From Bacteroidota bacterium (lineage in GTDB: Bacteria; Bacteroidota; Bacteroidia; AKYH767-A; 2013-40CM-41-45): a stretch of 64,000 nt of DNA. The notes beneath the pieces are model-generated. The model was not told the origin of the DNA. It worked only from the letters and a program-made list of their open reading frames with translations, and did not search any database. The stretch covers positions 9,110 to 73,109 of the forward strand of contig JANPNV010000054.1 of NCBI GenBank assembly GCA_031427625.1, written 5' to 3'. Position 1 is the stretch's first letter. Each line of letters begins with the position of its first letter. Both the position numbers and the translations under genes were made by a program. Positions 50,247 through 61,071 of the stretch are shown here, piece by piece.

Positions 50247-52352
50247 ATGCAGGTAAAAAAAGACATCATGTGGAGGATAAATGCATCCTTCATCCTCATG
50301 TGTTTAATGGCGCTTCTAATTCTGGGACAAATAATTAAAATCCAGATTTTCGAAGGCGACATGTGGAAACAACGTGCAGATAGTCTGACGTTGTCTATGG
50401 TGAATATTTCTGCCAGCCGTGGAAATATTTTCTCGTCAGACGGAAGACTCATGTCTACCTCAATCCCTATTTATGATATTCGGATGGATACACGGGCCGG
50501 TGGTCTTACTCATGAAATTTTTAATTCGGGTGTTGACTCACTTTCTCTTTGCCTTTCACAACTTTTCAAAGACCGTAATCCGGCAGAGTATCGTCAGGCT
50601 ATTCGTCAGGCCAGATCAAGAGGCGAAAGATATTTTCTTGTCCATCGGAATGTCAACTACACTGACCTGCAAAAATTAAAAACTTTTCCCCTGTTTAAAA
50701 TGGGAAGATACAAAGGTGGATTACGCATCGATCAGCGTGAAATTCGTGAACTGCCTTTCAGGATGCTTGCCGCCAGAACAATCGGTTCAATGCGTGACGT
50801 GAAGCCAGTTGGAATCGAAGCGTCATTTAATGATGACCTGAAAGGTGTCGGTGGCAAAAGGCTAATGCAAAAAATCAGCGGAAACATCTGGATGCCCGTT
50901 TCTGATAAGGATGTCGTTGAACCAAAGGATGGCAATGACATCGTGACGACAATCGATATTAATATTCAGGATGTAGCAGAGAATTCACTAGAGGAACATC
51001 TTAGAAAACATAATGCTGACCATGGTTGTGCGATACTTATGGAGGTCGCTACCGGAGAAGTAAAAGCAATAGCAAATCTTTCCAGAACAAAGGATGGAAA
51101 TTATATTGAAGACTTCAACTATGCGATCCGTGAAGCTTCTGAAACAGGATCAACGATGAAACTTGCTTCGCTGCTTGCTGCAATGGACGACAACCTCATT
51201 GAGCCGAATGATACTGTCTTCGTTGGAAACGGAGAGCATAATTATTTTGGTCAGCTAATGAAGGATTCTCATGCTCCTAAATCAAGCAGGCTAAGCATTC
51301 AACAGGCATTTGAAACATCATCAAATGTTGGAGTTTCAATGGTAATATGGTCGGCATATGCAAAGAAGCCACAGAAATTTATCGACAAAATAAAATCATT
51401 CGGACTAGGAAGTGCGCTCGGACTTGAAATAGAAGGCGAAGGCGACCCAATGATAAAAAACACAACAGATAAATCATGGTCAGCTGTTTCTCTTCCATGG
51501 ATTTCAATCGGATACGAATCAAAATTAACACCTCTCCAGGTGCTTACTTTTTATAATAGTGTAGCAAATAATGGTCGCGTAGTAAAACCGCGTTTTGTAA
51601 AAGAGATTCGTAATCATGGACGACTCATTACTGAATTTCCGACAATCATCATGCGTGATTCTATAGCATCACAGGATGCATTGTTGAAGGCCAGAAAAAT
51701 GATGGAAGGTGTTGTTCAGAATGGAACTGCTTCTTGTCTTAAATCATCTGCTTATAAAATTGCGGGCAAAACAGGTACTGCTCAGATAGCCAGCAGTAAA
51801 TACGGATATCAGAAGGAGCATCGTGCATATCTCGCATCATTCGTTGGATATTTCCCTGCTGATGCTCCAAAGTATTCCTGTATGGTTGTCGTTAATTCAC
51901 CTTCCAACGATGTTTATTTTGGTGGCGCTGTCGCTGCTCCGATCTTCAAAGAGATTGCCGATAAAGTTTATTCAAACAGACTCGAACTCCATGGAGTTCC
52001 TCAGTCAGCCGACTCAACGAAAGTGAATCTCCCCATCGCTAAGGCGGGACAACAAAAAGAACTTAGGAAAATTCTGGCAAGTCTCGATGTTCCGGTTCAT
52101 TCAGGAGATGATGAAGCAAGAAATGTTGGCGTAGGATATGAATCAGATCAAATTATTTTAAAGGAAAGAAAGTCAGGAGTCGGAACTGTTCCTGATGTAA
52201 CAGGTATGGGAATTAAGGATGCCTTGTACACTCTTGAAAATTGTGGCCTTCGAGTAGGGTTTACAGGCAGAGGCGTTGTTGTAAAACAATCACTTTCTCC
52301 CGGAACGAAAATAATAAAAGGTCAGACAATTAACATCGACTTGGGATTATGA
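50247..52352 (+). CDS. ftsI: peptidoglycan D,D-transpeptidase FtsI (class B PBP) with C-terminal PASTA domain
   Basis: Contains SxxK (STMK), SxN and KTGT motifs. A C-terminal ~60 aa PASTA-like segment. Position in the dcw cluster supports the call. Confidence 0.9.
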   Translation: MQVKKDIMWRINASFILMCLMALLILGQIIKIQIFEGDMWKQRADSLTLSMVNISASRGNIFSSDGRLMSTSIPIYDIRMDTRAGGLTHEIFNSGVDSLSLCLSQLFKDRNPAEYRQAIRQARSRGERYFLVHRNVNYTDLQKLKTFPLFKMGRYKGGLRIDQREIRELPFRMLAARTIGSMRDVKPVGIEASFNDDLKGVGGKRLMQKISGNIWMPVSDKDVVEPKDGNDIVTTIDINIQDVAENSLEEHLRKHNADHGCAILMEVATGEVKAIANLSRTKDGNYIEDFNYAIREASETGSTMKLASLLAAMDDNLIEPNDTVFVGNGEHNYFGQLMKDSHAPKSSRLSIQQAFETSSNVGVSMVIWSAYAKKPQKFIDKIKSFGLGSALGLEIEGEGDPMIKNTTDKSWSAVSLPWISIGYESKLTPLQVLTFYNSVANNGRVVKPRFVKEIRNHGRLITEFPTIIMRDSIASQDALLKARKMMEGVVQNGTASCLKSSAYKIAGKTGTAQIASSKYGYQKEHRAYLASFVGYFPADAPKYSCMVVVNSPSNDVYFGGAVAAPIFKEIADKVYSNRLELHGVPQSADSTKVNLPIAKAGQQKELRKILASLDVPVHSGDDEARNVGVGYESDQIILKERKSGVGTVPDVTGMGIKDALYTLENCGLRVGFTGRGVVVKQSLSPGTKIIKGQTINIDLGL

Positions 52353-53809
52353 AAATACTTAAAGACATCCTTTATAAAGCAGGTATCATAAATATCTCCG
52401 GCCCGGTGGATATCGGTGTCAGCGATGTTTGTTTTGATTCCCGCCATGTACGTGAAGGAAGTCTATTCGTTGCTATCAGAGGTATTCAATCAGATGGCCA
52501 TTCTTTTATTCCGCAAGTTACTTCCAAAGGCGCTATCGCAATTGTTTGCGAAACATTGCCTGATCAAATGTATGATGGCATCACTTATGTTCAGGTGCAC
52601 AATAGTTCCATAGCACTTGCTCATATCGCTTCAAACTTTTTTGATAATCCAAGCGAAAAATTAAAACTCATAGGTATTACTGGTACTAACGGCAAGACGA
52701 CTACTGCTACTCTGCTCTTCAGTCTTTTCCGTTCACTTGGTTATAAGGCAGGACTTTTATCAACTGTAAAAAATCAGATTAACGATAAAGTAACTGAAGC
52801 CACACATACTACTCCTGATCCTCTGCAGTTGAATTCTTTGTTGGCTACAATGGTTGAAGAAGGCTGTACCCACGCTTTTATGGAAGTGAGTTCGCATGCC
52901 ATTGTTCAGAAACGAACGGAAGCTTTGAATTTTTCTGGCGCTGTATTTACAAATATTACACATGATCACCTCGATTACCATCAGACGTTTTCAAATTATC
53001 TGAAAGCAAAAAAGGAATTATTTGATAGCCTTCCATCCTCAGCATTCGCACTTTCCAACATAGATGATAAAAACGGAACAGTGATGTTGCAGAATACAAA
53101 AGCAAAGAAGTTTACTTATTCGATGCGTGCTATGGCTGATTACCGTTGTCGCATTCTTGAAAATGATTTTTCAGGGCTGATGATTAACATCGATAATTCC
53201 GAAGTGGTATGCAGGCTCGTTGGCAGTTTTAATGCCTATAACCTACTGGCAGTATATGCTACTGCGCTATTGTGTGGAGAAGACAAATCAAATGTATTAC
53301 CTGCAATCAGTTTGCTTGCTCCTGTCGAAGGAAGATTTGATTACATAATCTCCCCAAATAAAATTACAGGAATTGTTGACTATGCGCATACACCTGATGC
53401 TTTGCAAAATGTTCTTTCGACAATTCATGATGTAAGTGCAGACAAAGGAAGAATTATTACAATTATCGGTTGTGGCGGAGATCGAGATAAAACTAAGCGA
53501 CCTGTAATGGCACGCATAGCAGCTGATTTAAGTACGAGGGTAATCCTGACTAGCGACAATCCAAGATCAGAAGATCCGGCAGATATTATTCATCAAATGG
53601 AGGATGGTATTCCTCTTGGTGATAAAAGAAAAGTAGTCTCGATTATTGATAGAAGAGAAGCAATAAAAACAGCAGTGAGTTTTGCCGAACCGGGAGATGT
53701 GATTCTGGTTGCCGGCAAAGGACATGAAAAATATCAGGAGGTGAAAGGAGTGAGGGCTGCTTTCGATGACAAACAAATTTTACAAGAGTTATTTAAAATA
53801 TTGGTATAG
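52349..53809 (+). CDS. murE: UDP-N-acetylmuramoyl-L-alanyl-D-glutamate--2,6-diaminopimelate ligase
   Basis: Contains [11 protein letters not shown] and the DNPR motif (TSDNPRSEDP), indicating a meso-DAP-type MurE. Confidence 0.9.
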   Translation: MKILKDILYKAGIINISGPVDIGVSDVCFDSRHVREGSLFVAIRGIQSDGHSFIPQVTSKGAIAIVCETLPDQMYDGITYVQVHNSSIALAHIASNFFDNPSEKLKLIGITGTNGKTTTATLLFSLFRSLGYKAGLLSTVKNQINDKVTEATHTTPDPLQLNSLLATMVEEGCTHAFMEVSSHAIVQKRTEALNFSGAVFTNITHDHLDYHQTFSNYLKAKKELFDSLPSSAFALSNIDDKNGTVMLQNTKAKKFTYSMRAMADYRCRILENDFSGLMINIDNSEVVCRLVGSFNAYNLLAVYATALLCGEDKSNVLPAISLLAPVEGRFDYIISPNKITGIVDYAHTPDALQNVLSTIHDVSADKGRIITIIGCGGDRDKTKRPVMARIAADLSTRVILTSDNPRSEDPADIIHQMEDGIPLGDKRKVVSIIDRREAIKTAVSFAEPGDVILVAGKGHEKYQEVKGVRAAFDDKQILQELFKILV

Positions 53810-55069
53810 ATGCTTTATTATCTGTTCGCATATCTAAAAGTTCATTTTAATCTGCCGGGTGCAGGTGTATTTCAATACATCTCTTTCCGTGCGGCTCTCG
53901 CATTAATTACGTCACTCATTATTTCCATGCTCCTCGGTAAAAAAATAATCGGGTATCTGCATAGGAAACAAGTTGGTGAGACTGTTCGGGATCTTGGACT
54001 AGCAGGCCAGAATGAAAAACAGGGAACGCCTACAATGGGAGGTCTGATAATCCTTGGAGCCATTCTGATACCAACATTACTATATGCCCGTCTTGCGAAT
54101 GTGTATGTCGTCATCATGATTATTGCAACTGTATGGCTTGGAATTATCGGATACATTGATGATTATATTAAAGTTTTTAAGAAAGACAAAGCCGGACTCG
54201 CTGCAAAATTCAAAGTGCTTGGACAAGTCGGACTCGGCATCATTGTAGGTTGCATGTTATACTTCAATCCGAATGTGGTAGTAAAGGAAAGAGTAGAAAA
54301 GAACGCTATAACTGTCACTCACCAACATGAAAATGTTATTGAAGATATGAGGCAGAACGAAAATGCTTTGTATTCAGTCAAGGCATTTAAGTCAACGAAA
54401 ACAACAATTCCATTTATCAAAAATCATGAGTTTGATTATTCTGTACTAATTACCTGGATGGGTGATGGCATGAGACATTATGCCTGGCTTATATTTATTC
54501 CTATCGTCATACTTATTATTACTGCAGTATCAAATGGTGCAAACATTACAGATGGAATCGATGGACTTGCTACCGGAACAAGTGCGATAATCGGAGCAAC
54601 GCTCGGAATTCTTGCTTATGTATCCGGTAACACTGTTTTTGCGAATTACCTGAATATAATGTACATCCCAAATGCGGGTGAGCTTGTTGTTTTCATTGCA
54701 GCATTTGTAGGTAGCTGTGTCGGTTTTCTCTGGTACAATGCATACCCGGCACAGGTTTTCATGGGTGATACCGGAAGTCTCGCATTGGGTGGAATCATTG
54801 CGACATACGCCATTGCAATCAGGAAAGAACTTCTTATCCCGATACTGTGCGGAATATTTCTCGTTGAAAATCTTTCTGTAATGATTCAGGTATCCTATTT
54901 CAAATACACAAAGAAAAAATTTGGCGAAGGAAAAAGAATTTTCAGGATGTCTCCATTGCATCATCATTATCAAAAGCTAGGATATCATGAGTCAAAAATT
55001 GTGTCGCGTTTTTGGATCATCGGAATCATGCTTGCAGTATTAACAGTTGTTACACTGAAACTAAGATGA
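53810..55069 (+). CDS. mraY: phospho-N-acetylmuramoyl-pentapeptide transferase
   Basis: Contains NxxNxTDGxDGL ([13 protein letters not shown]), DTGSLALGG and HHHY. Confidence 0.95.
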   Translation: MLYYLFAYLKVHFNLPGAGVFQYISFRAALALITSLIISMLLGKKIIGYLHRKQVGETVRDLGLAGQNEKQGTPTMGGLIILGAILIPTLLYARLANVYVVIMIIATVWLGIIGYIDDYIKVFKKDKAGLAAKFKVLGQVGLGIIVGCMLYFNPNVVVKERVEKNAITVTHQHENVIEDMRQNENALYSVKAFKSTKTTIPFIKNHEFDYSVLITWMGDGMRHYAWLIFIPIVILIITAVSNGANITDGIDGLATGTSAIIGATLGILAYVSGNTVFANYLNIMYIPNAGELVVFIAAFVGSCVGFLWYNAYPAQVFMGDTGSLALGGIIATYAIAIRKELLIPILCGIFLVENLSVMIQVSYFKYTKKKFGEGKRIFRMSPLHHHYQKLGYHESKIVSRFWIIGIMLAVLTVVTLKLR

Positions 55070-56436
55070 TGGACGCGAAAAAAAAATCATCGATTGTTGT
55101 CGTGCCGAGGCTCGTTGTTATTGGCGCAGCCGAGAGCGGCGTCGGTGCTGCTGTTCTGGCATCAAAAAAGGGATTTGATGTATTTGTTTCCGACCGTGGC
55201 AAAATAAAAGATGAATACAAGAAAACTCTCGAATCATATTCAATTCTATTTGAAGAAGGTGGTCATACCTACGATAATATCCTCAATGCAAATGAAGTCG
55301 TAAAAAGTCCGGGCGTTCCAGAGAATTCCGAACTATTGAAAAAAATAAGAGAGGTAAATATACCTGTCATCAGCGAAATTGAATTTGCCGGAAGATATAC
55401 GAATGCGAAGATGATTGGCGTAACCGGGACAAACGGCAAAACGACAACGACTCTGCTCATCTATCATATCCTGAAAAAAGCCGGAGTAAAAGTGGGGCTT
55501 GCAGGGAATATTGGAAAAAGTTTTGCGCTACAGGTTGCATTGCAGGATTACGATTATTATGTCTTGGAATTAAGCAGCTTTCAGCTCGACGACATGTATA
55601 ATTTTAAGTGTGATGTAGCTGTGCTTACCAACATTACTCCTGATCACCTCGACAGATATAACTACGAACTGAAAAATTACGTCATGTCAAAGTTCAGGAT
55701 TCTGCAGAATCAGAGTTCTGCAGATGCCTTTATCTACTGTGCAGACGATCCTATTACCGTCGAGTATCTGCCCGATCTAAATATCCGCGCTCATCCTTAT
55801 CCGTTTTCTATTCTCAAAAAACAGGAAGAAGGAGCATGGCTTGAAAATGACCAAATCCAAATTTTAACTAACAATAATAAATTAACCATGCTCATACACG
55901 AACTAGCCCTACAGGGGAAACACAACGTTTACAATTCAATGGCAGCAGGAATCGCGACAAGAGTATTCGATATCCGCAAAGAAACAATTCGGGAAAGTCT
56001 TTCTGATTTCCGGAATGCCGAACACAGACTCGAGCATGTATCGAATGTACATGGAATTGAATTTGTAAATGATTCAAAAGCAACCAATGTTAATTCAACT
56101 TGGTATGCACTCGAAAGCTTTAATAAACCCGTTGTTCTCATCCTTGGTGGTGTCGACAAGGGAAACGATTATTCTATGCTCGAAGAACTCGTGAAAGAAA
56201 AAGTAAAAGCTATTGTCTGTCTCGGTAACGACAATAAAAAGATCATTAAAACATTTAAGTCACTCGTTTCTGAAATTGTTGAAACACATACTGCCGAAGA
56301 AGCTGTTAAAGAATCATACCGTCTTGCAAGTAAAGGCGATGTTGTCCTGCTTTCTCCTGCTTGTGCCAGTTTCGATATTTTCGAAAACTACGAAGACAGA
56401 GGTCGTCAGTTTAAACGCGCAGTGAAAAATCTTTAA
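55066..56436 (+). CDS. murD: UDP-N-acetylmuramoylalanine--D-glutamate ligase
   Basis: Contains [12 protein letters not shown]. The ATG at 55066 overlaps the mraY stop (ATGA). Confidence 0.9.
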   Translation: MMDAKKKSSIVVVPRLVVIGAAESGVGAAVLASKKGFDVFVSDRGKIKDEYKKTLESYSILFEEGGHTYDNILNANEVVKSPGVPENSELLKKIREVNIPVISEIEFAGRYTNAKMIGVTGTNGKTTTTLLIYHILKKAGVKVGLAGNIGKSFALQVALQDYDYYVLELSSFQLDDMYNFKCDVAVLTNITPDHLDRYNYELKNYVMSKFRILQNQSSADAFIYCADDPITVEYLPDLNIRAHPYPFSILKKQEEGAWLENDQIQILTNNNKLTMLIHELALQGKHNVYNSMAAGIATRVFDIRKETIRESLSDFRNAEHRLEHVSNVHGIEFVNDSKATNVNSTWYALESFNKPVVLILGGVDKGNDYSMLEELVKEKVKAIVCLGNDNKKIIKTFKSLVSEIVETHTAEEAVKESYRLASKGDVVLLSPACASFDIFENYEDRGRQFKRAVKNL

Positions 56437-56613
56437 TTGATATCTCAATCGAGGATTTGAAATAGTCAGCTATCGTTACTTCTGATGAGAATGATCAAAA
56501 ACACGTCATTCAGAATATACGGAGTAAATAAATGTATAGAATAAATAATGCAGGAATCGACAAATTTTCAAATTTATGCAATCGCTATTTTTTAAATAAT
56601 AAAAACATTCACC

Positions 56614-57777
56614 ATGCAGGCTACCTGGCTTGATAAACATTTTAAAGGCGACAGAACAATCTGGCTCATCGTTTTTATTCTGTCAATATTTTCATTGCTG
56701 GCCGTATATAGCAGCACGGGTACGCTTGCGTATAAGTATCAGAGTGGAAATACTGAATATTATCTCATCAAACATCTGATCATTTTGGCATTTGGCCTGG
56801 CACTGATGTATGGCGCACATCTGGTAAAGTATACCTATTACTCTAAAATAAGCAGAGTGGCTCTCTGGCTTACTGTCCCTTTACTTGTATTAACAATAGT
56901 TCTTGGAACCAATTTGAATGAAGCCAGCAGATGGCTGACATTGCCGGGAACAAATATTACTTTTCAGACTTCCGATTTCGCGAAGCTGGCTCTGATCATG
57001 TACGTAGCAAGAATGCTATCCAAGAAACAGGATGAAATTCATAATTTCCGGACTGCATTTCTGCCTGTAATGGCTCCGGTATTTCTTGTCTGCGCACTTA
57101 TTCTCCCTGCCAATTTTTCTACATCAGCTGTAGTTTTCCTTTCTGCCTGTTACCTGATGTTCATCGGTAGGATTCGTATGAAATTCATCTTGGGAATGGC
57201 AGGGATTGGTGTAGTTGGATTCGGATTGTTTATTTTAATAGCTCTAGCAAGTGGACATACAGGAAGAATTGAAACCTGGAAGTCGCGTATTGAAAAATTC
57301 AGTGGCTCGGAAGACACTGATAACTATCAGGCCGATCAGGCAAAGATTGCTATTGCCGGAGGAGGATTTTTCGGAAAATTTCCTGGCAATAGCGTACAAA
57401 GAAATTTCCTTCCACATCCATATTCTGATTTTATATATGCCATCATCATCGAAGAGTATGGTTTACTCGGTGGTGTATTCATCCTCTTTCTTTATCTACT
57501 TCTGTTCTTCAGAGTAATAAGATTTATACATCATAGCCCTATGGCATTCGGGACGCTCCTTGCAGCGGGCTGTGCATTCATGCTGGTATTTCAGGCATTA
57601 ATAAATATGGCAGTTGCTGTTAATCTTTTTCCGGTTACCGGGCAACCGCTACCATTGGTAAGTATGGGAGGCACATCAATTTGGTTTACGAGTCTGTCAC
57701 TTGGAATCGTATTAAGTGTGAGTAGTCAGGTTGAAAAGGAGAAAAAAGAAGGAGGACACGAACTTGCAGCAGCCTGA
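56614..57777 (+). CDS. ftsW: peptidoglycan glycosyltransferase FtsW (SEDS family)
   Basis: 387 aa polytopic protein with SEDS motifs (PVTGQPLPLVSMGGTS). Confidence 0.9.
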   Translation: MQATWLDKHFKGDRTIWLIVFILSIFSLLAVYSSTGTLAYKYQSGNTEYYLIKHLIILAFGLALMYGAHLVKYTYYSKISRVALWLTVPLLVLTIVLGTNLNEASRWLTLPGTNITFQTSDFAKLALIMYVARMLSKKQDEIHNFRTAFLPVMAPVFLVCALILPANFSTSAVVFLSACYLMFIGRIRMKFILGMAGIGVVGFGLFILIALASGHTGRIETWKSRIEKFSGSEDTDNYQADQAKIAIAGGGFFGKFPGNSVQRNFLPHPYSDFIYAIIIEEYGLLGGVFILFLYLLLFFRVIRFIHHSPMAFGTLLAAGCAFMLVFQALINMAVAVNLFPVTGQPLPLVSMGGTSIWFTSLSLGIVLSVSSQVEKEKKEGGHELAAA

Positions 57778-58879
57778 TATACGTGTCATAATCAGTGGTG
57801 GAGGTACAGGGGGACATATCTTCCCTGCTATCGCAATAGCGGGTGCATTGAAAAAAATTAATCCGGCAAATCAGTTTTTATTTGTCGGTGCCAGCGGACG
57901 AATGGAAATGGAAAAAGTTCCCGCCGCAGGTTATCAAATTGAAGGATTAAACATCAGTGGTATACAAAGAAAGCTGACACTAAAGAATTTATTATTGCCG
58001 GTGAAAATAATTAAGAGTGTATTGAAAGCAAGATCGATCATAAAGAATTTCAAACCTGACGTTGCAATTGGCGTTGGTGGTTATGCAAGCGGACCGCTGT
58101 TGTATGCATCTACAGGAATGCACATTCCATCACTTATTCAGGAACAAAATTCTTATGCAGGCATCACAAATAAAATTTTGGGCAAACGGGTTCAGAAAAT
58201 TTGTGTCGCTTATTCAGGAATGGAGAAGTTTTTTCCTAAAGAGAAAATTATCATGACTGGTAATCCTGTGAGAGAAGAGATGACTGACATCAAGGGCAAG
58301 CGCGCTGCAGCAATGGATTTCTTTGGTCTCGATGCAACGAAAAAAACAGTTCTGGTTATTGGCGGAAGTTTGGGTGCCAGAACAATTAATGAAAGTATTG
58401 CTGAATCGATACAACAATTTACCCAATCGGGTGTTCAGCTGATTTGGCAAACGGGCAATGCATTTGCCATAAAGGCCGAAGCAGTTGTTAACTCTGTTCC
58501 TAATACAGGCATTCGGACTTTCGGATTTATTCAGAGGATGGATTATGCATACGCTGCTGCTGATATTATTATTTCCAGAGCAGGAGCAAGTTCTGTTTCT
58601 GAACTATCTCTCGTTGGAAAACCGGTTGTCCTTGTGCCTTCGCCGAATGTAGCGGAAGATCATCAGACAAAAAATGCGATGGCACTCGTAAGCAAGGAGG
58701 CTGCAGTTCTTATTTCTGATTCAATGGCCCGTGAAAGTCTAATCAGCAAAACTTTCGAAATTCTTGAAGATGTGGAATTGAAAAAATCGCTCAGCACAAA
58801 TATCAGTCGTCTTGCATTGTCTGATTCGGCTGAAAAAATTGCAATGGAAGTATATCGTCTTGTGAAAAAAAATAATTAA
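57731..58879 (+). CDS. murG: undecaprenyldiphospho-muramoylpentapeptide beta-N-acetylglucosaminyltransferase
   Basis: Contains ISGGGTGGHIFPA and the C-terminal GT28 motif. The track start overlaps ftsW by 47 nt. A TTG at 57770 would give a more typical N-terminus. Confidence 0.9.
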   Translation: MKRRKKKEDTNLQQPDIRVIISGGGTGGHIFPAIAIAGALKKINPANQFLFVGASGRMEMEKVPAAGYQIEGLNISGIQRKLTLKNLLLPVKIIKSVLKARSIIKNFKPDVAIGVGGYASGPLLYASTGMHIPSLIQEQNSYAGITNKILGKRVQKICVAYSGMEKFFPKEKIIMTGNPVREEMTDIKGKRAAAMDFFGLDATKKTVLVIGGSLGARTINESIAESIQQFTQSGVQLIWQTGNAFAIKAEAVVNSVPNTGIRTFGFIQRMDYAYAAADIIISRAGASSVSELSLVGKPVVLVPSPNVAEDHQTKNAMALVSKEAAVLISDSMARESLISKTFEILEDVELKKSLSTNISRLALSDSAEKIAMEVYRLVKKNN

Positions 58880-58896
58880 TTCTAATTAGTATTCTT

Positions 58897-60282
58897 TTGA
58901 ACGTATCTAATTTAAAAAATATTTATTTCCTCGGTATCGGAGGCATAGGAATGTCGGCCCTCGCCAGATATTTTAATGCCCTCGGTAAAAATGTTACCGG
59001 ATATGATAAGACACGTACTCCACTCACTGATGAATTGGTGAATGAAGGAATTGAAATTCACTTCTCTGATGACGTAAATAAAATCAACAGTAGTATTACC
59101 GAAGGAAATCCGGCCGATACTCTTGTGATATTCACCCCTGCAATTCCGGCAGGGCATTCTGAACTACAATACTTTTCTGAACATGGATTTATAATAAAAA
59201 AGCGTTCGGAAATTCTCGGATTAATAACTGAAAACACTTTTACAATTGCTGTTGCCGGAACGCATGGTAAAACAACAACTTCGTCGATGATAGCCCATAT
59301 TCTCAGGTATGCAGGTTACAATTGTACTGCATTTCTTGGAGGAGTTTCGAAAAACTATAACACTAATTTACTCCTCAGTAACTCACAAACAGGTGAAATT
59401 TATACTGTTGTCGAAGCTGATGAATATGACCGGTCGTTTCTTGCATTATCCCCTTCCTTATCTGTAATCACATCCATGGATGCTGATCATCTCGATATAT
59501 ATGGTAGTGAAAGTTTCATGATTGAATCATATCGTTTATTTGCTCAGCGATTAAAAGCAAACGGAACTCTGATATTCAGAAAAGGACTGCCGCTTGAAGA
59601 CCTTCCACTTTTAAAGAATGACTACGATGTTCATGGGAAAGGTGATTACACAGCTAATAACATCAGGATTTCTGATCATCGTTATCATTTCGACTGGAGT
59701 AACAGTACTTCGGGAATACGCGATATTACATCAGACATGCCCGGATTGCATAATGTAGAAAATGCAGTAGCTGCTATTGCCATTGCACGTAAGCTATTGG
59801 TGCCTGATCAAAAAATCAAGGAGGCTTTGTCAGCTTATACCGGCGTGAAACGAAGATTTGATTACAGGCTGAAGAGTAGCAAGGTTGTTTATATCGACGA
59901 TTATGCTCATCATCCGGAAGAGTTGCGGGCATGCATTTCTTCTGTTAAAGAACTCTATCCGTCAAAAAAGATTACTGGAATTTTTCAACCACATCTTTTC
60001 ACGCGGACAAGAGACTTTGCTGAAGGGTTTGCCAAAAGTTTGTCAATGCTCGATACATTAATTCTGCTTCCAATTTATCCTGCGAGGGAAGAACCGCTAC
60101 CAGGGATTACTTCAGAAATTATTTACACCGGTGTTACGGCTGGCGAAAAGGTGATGTGCGGAAAAGAGAATGTTATCAATGAACTGAAAAAGAGAGATTG
60201 CGAAGTCGTTCTCACTCTTGGCGCTGGTGATATTGACCAGTTAGTTGAACCAATTACTGAGTATTTAAAATTACTGATATGA
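58897..60282 (+). CDS. murC: UDP-N-acetylmuramate--L-alanine ligase
   Basis: Contains GIGGIGMSALA and GTHGKTTTS. Confidence 0.9.
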   Translation: MNVSNLKNIYFLGIGGIGMSALARYFNALGKNVTGYDKTRTPLTDELVNEGIEIHFSDDVNKINSSITEGNPADTLVIFTPAIPAGHSELQYFSEHGFIIKKRSEILGLITENTFTIAVAGTHGKTTTSSMIAHILRYAGYNCTAFLGGVSKNYNTNLLLSNSQTGEIYTVVEADEYDRSFLALSPSLSVITSMDADHLDIYGSESFMIESYRLFAQRLKANGTLIFRKGLPLEDLPLLKNDYDVHGKGDYTANNIRISDHRYHFDWSNSTSGIRDITSDMPGLHNVENAVAAIAIARKLLVPDQKIKEALSAYTGVKRRFDYRLKSSKVVYIDDYAHHPEELRACISSVKELYPSKKITGIFQPHLFTRTRDFAEGFAKSLSMLDTLILLPIYPAREEPLPGITSEIIYTGVTAGEKVMCGKENVINELKKRDCEVVLTLGAGDIDQLVEPITEYLKLLI

Positions 60283-61070
60283 AACCTGCTAAACTAGTTT
60301 TCCAAATCATCTCAGCTTGCCTGATCGTGCTTGCATTCCTTGTTTCTGTTGGATTTGTGTCACATAAGCAGTCATTGATGCCCTGTTCGGGCCTTGTAAT
60401 AACCATTCACGACTCTGTCGGATCAGGATTTGTTGACAGCGGAGATATCATTCAGATAGTACAAAATAAATTCGGAATACTCGAAGGGAAATCTTTAGCT
60501 TCTATTAACATTTCTCTGTTGGAAAAAATCATTAATACTAACCCATTTATTTCATCTGCCGAAGTATTTTCAACCGTTGATGGGAAAATTATAATTGACG
60601 TAAAACAGCGTATTCCGGTGCTTCGAGTGATAAATTTTAAAAATGAAAATTTTTATGTGGACAAAGAAGGATGGTTTATGCCTCCTTCAGAAAAATTCAC
60701 TGCAAGAGTTCCGGTTGCCAATGGATTTATATTCGATACAGAATCGGAGCAACATATCGAAAAATCACAAGGTGATACTTCAAAATCAGTAACAAAACTG
60801 ACACAGTTGTATAACATCATCAGTTACATGAACCAAAGCGATTTTTGGAATGCTGAAGTTCAGCAGTTGTATGTGAATGAATCCGGAGACATCGAAATGA
60901 TTCCTCGAGTAGGAAATCATACAGTTGTCATCGGCGACGATAATGATTTGAAAGAAAAGTTCAGGAAACTTTTTGTTTTCTATACGGATGGACTCAGTAA
61001 AAAAGGCTGGGATCATTATAGGACGATAAATTTAAAATATAAAGACCAGGTTGTCTGCACAAAAAAATAA
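60279..61070 (+). CDS. ftsQ: cell division protein FtsQ
   Basis: N-terminal TM helix plus a POTRA-like region. Position between murC and ftsA supports the call. Confidence 0.75.
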   Translation: MKPAKLVFQIISACLIVLAFLVSVGFVSHKQSLMPCSGLVITIHDSVGSGFVDSGDIIQIVQNKFGILEGKSLASINISLLEKIINTNPFISSAEVFSTVDGKIIIDVKQRIPVLRVINFKNENFYVDKEGWFMPPSEKFTARVPVANGFIFDTESEQHIEKSQGDTSKSVTKLTQLYNIISYMNQSDFWNAEVQQLYVNESGDIEMIPRVGNHTVVIGDDNDLKEKFRKLFVFYTDGLSKKGWDHYRTINLKYKDQVVCTKK

Positions 61071-61071
61071 T

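Noticed and set aside
54530-54973. 147 aa minus-strand ORF inside mraY
   Set aside because: Antisense to mraY. No recognisable domain.
56213-56425. 70 aa plus-strand ORF at the end of murD
   Set aside because: It is in an alternative frame inside murD, is Leu/Lys-rich and has no support.
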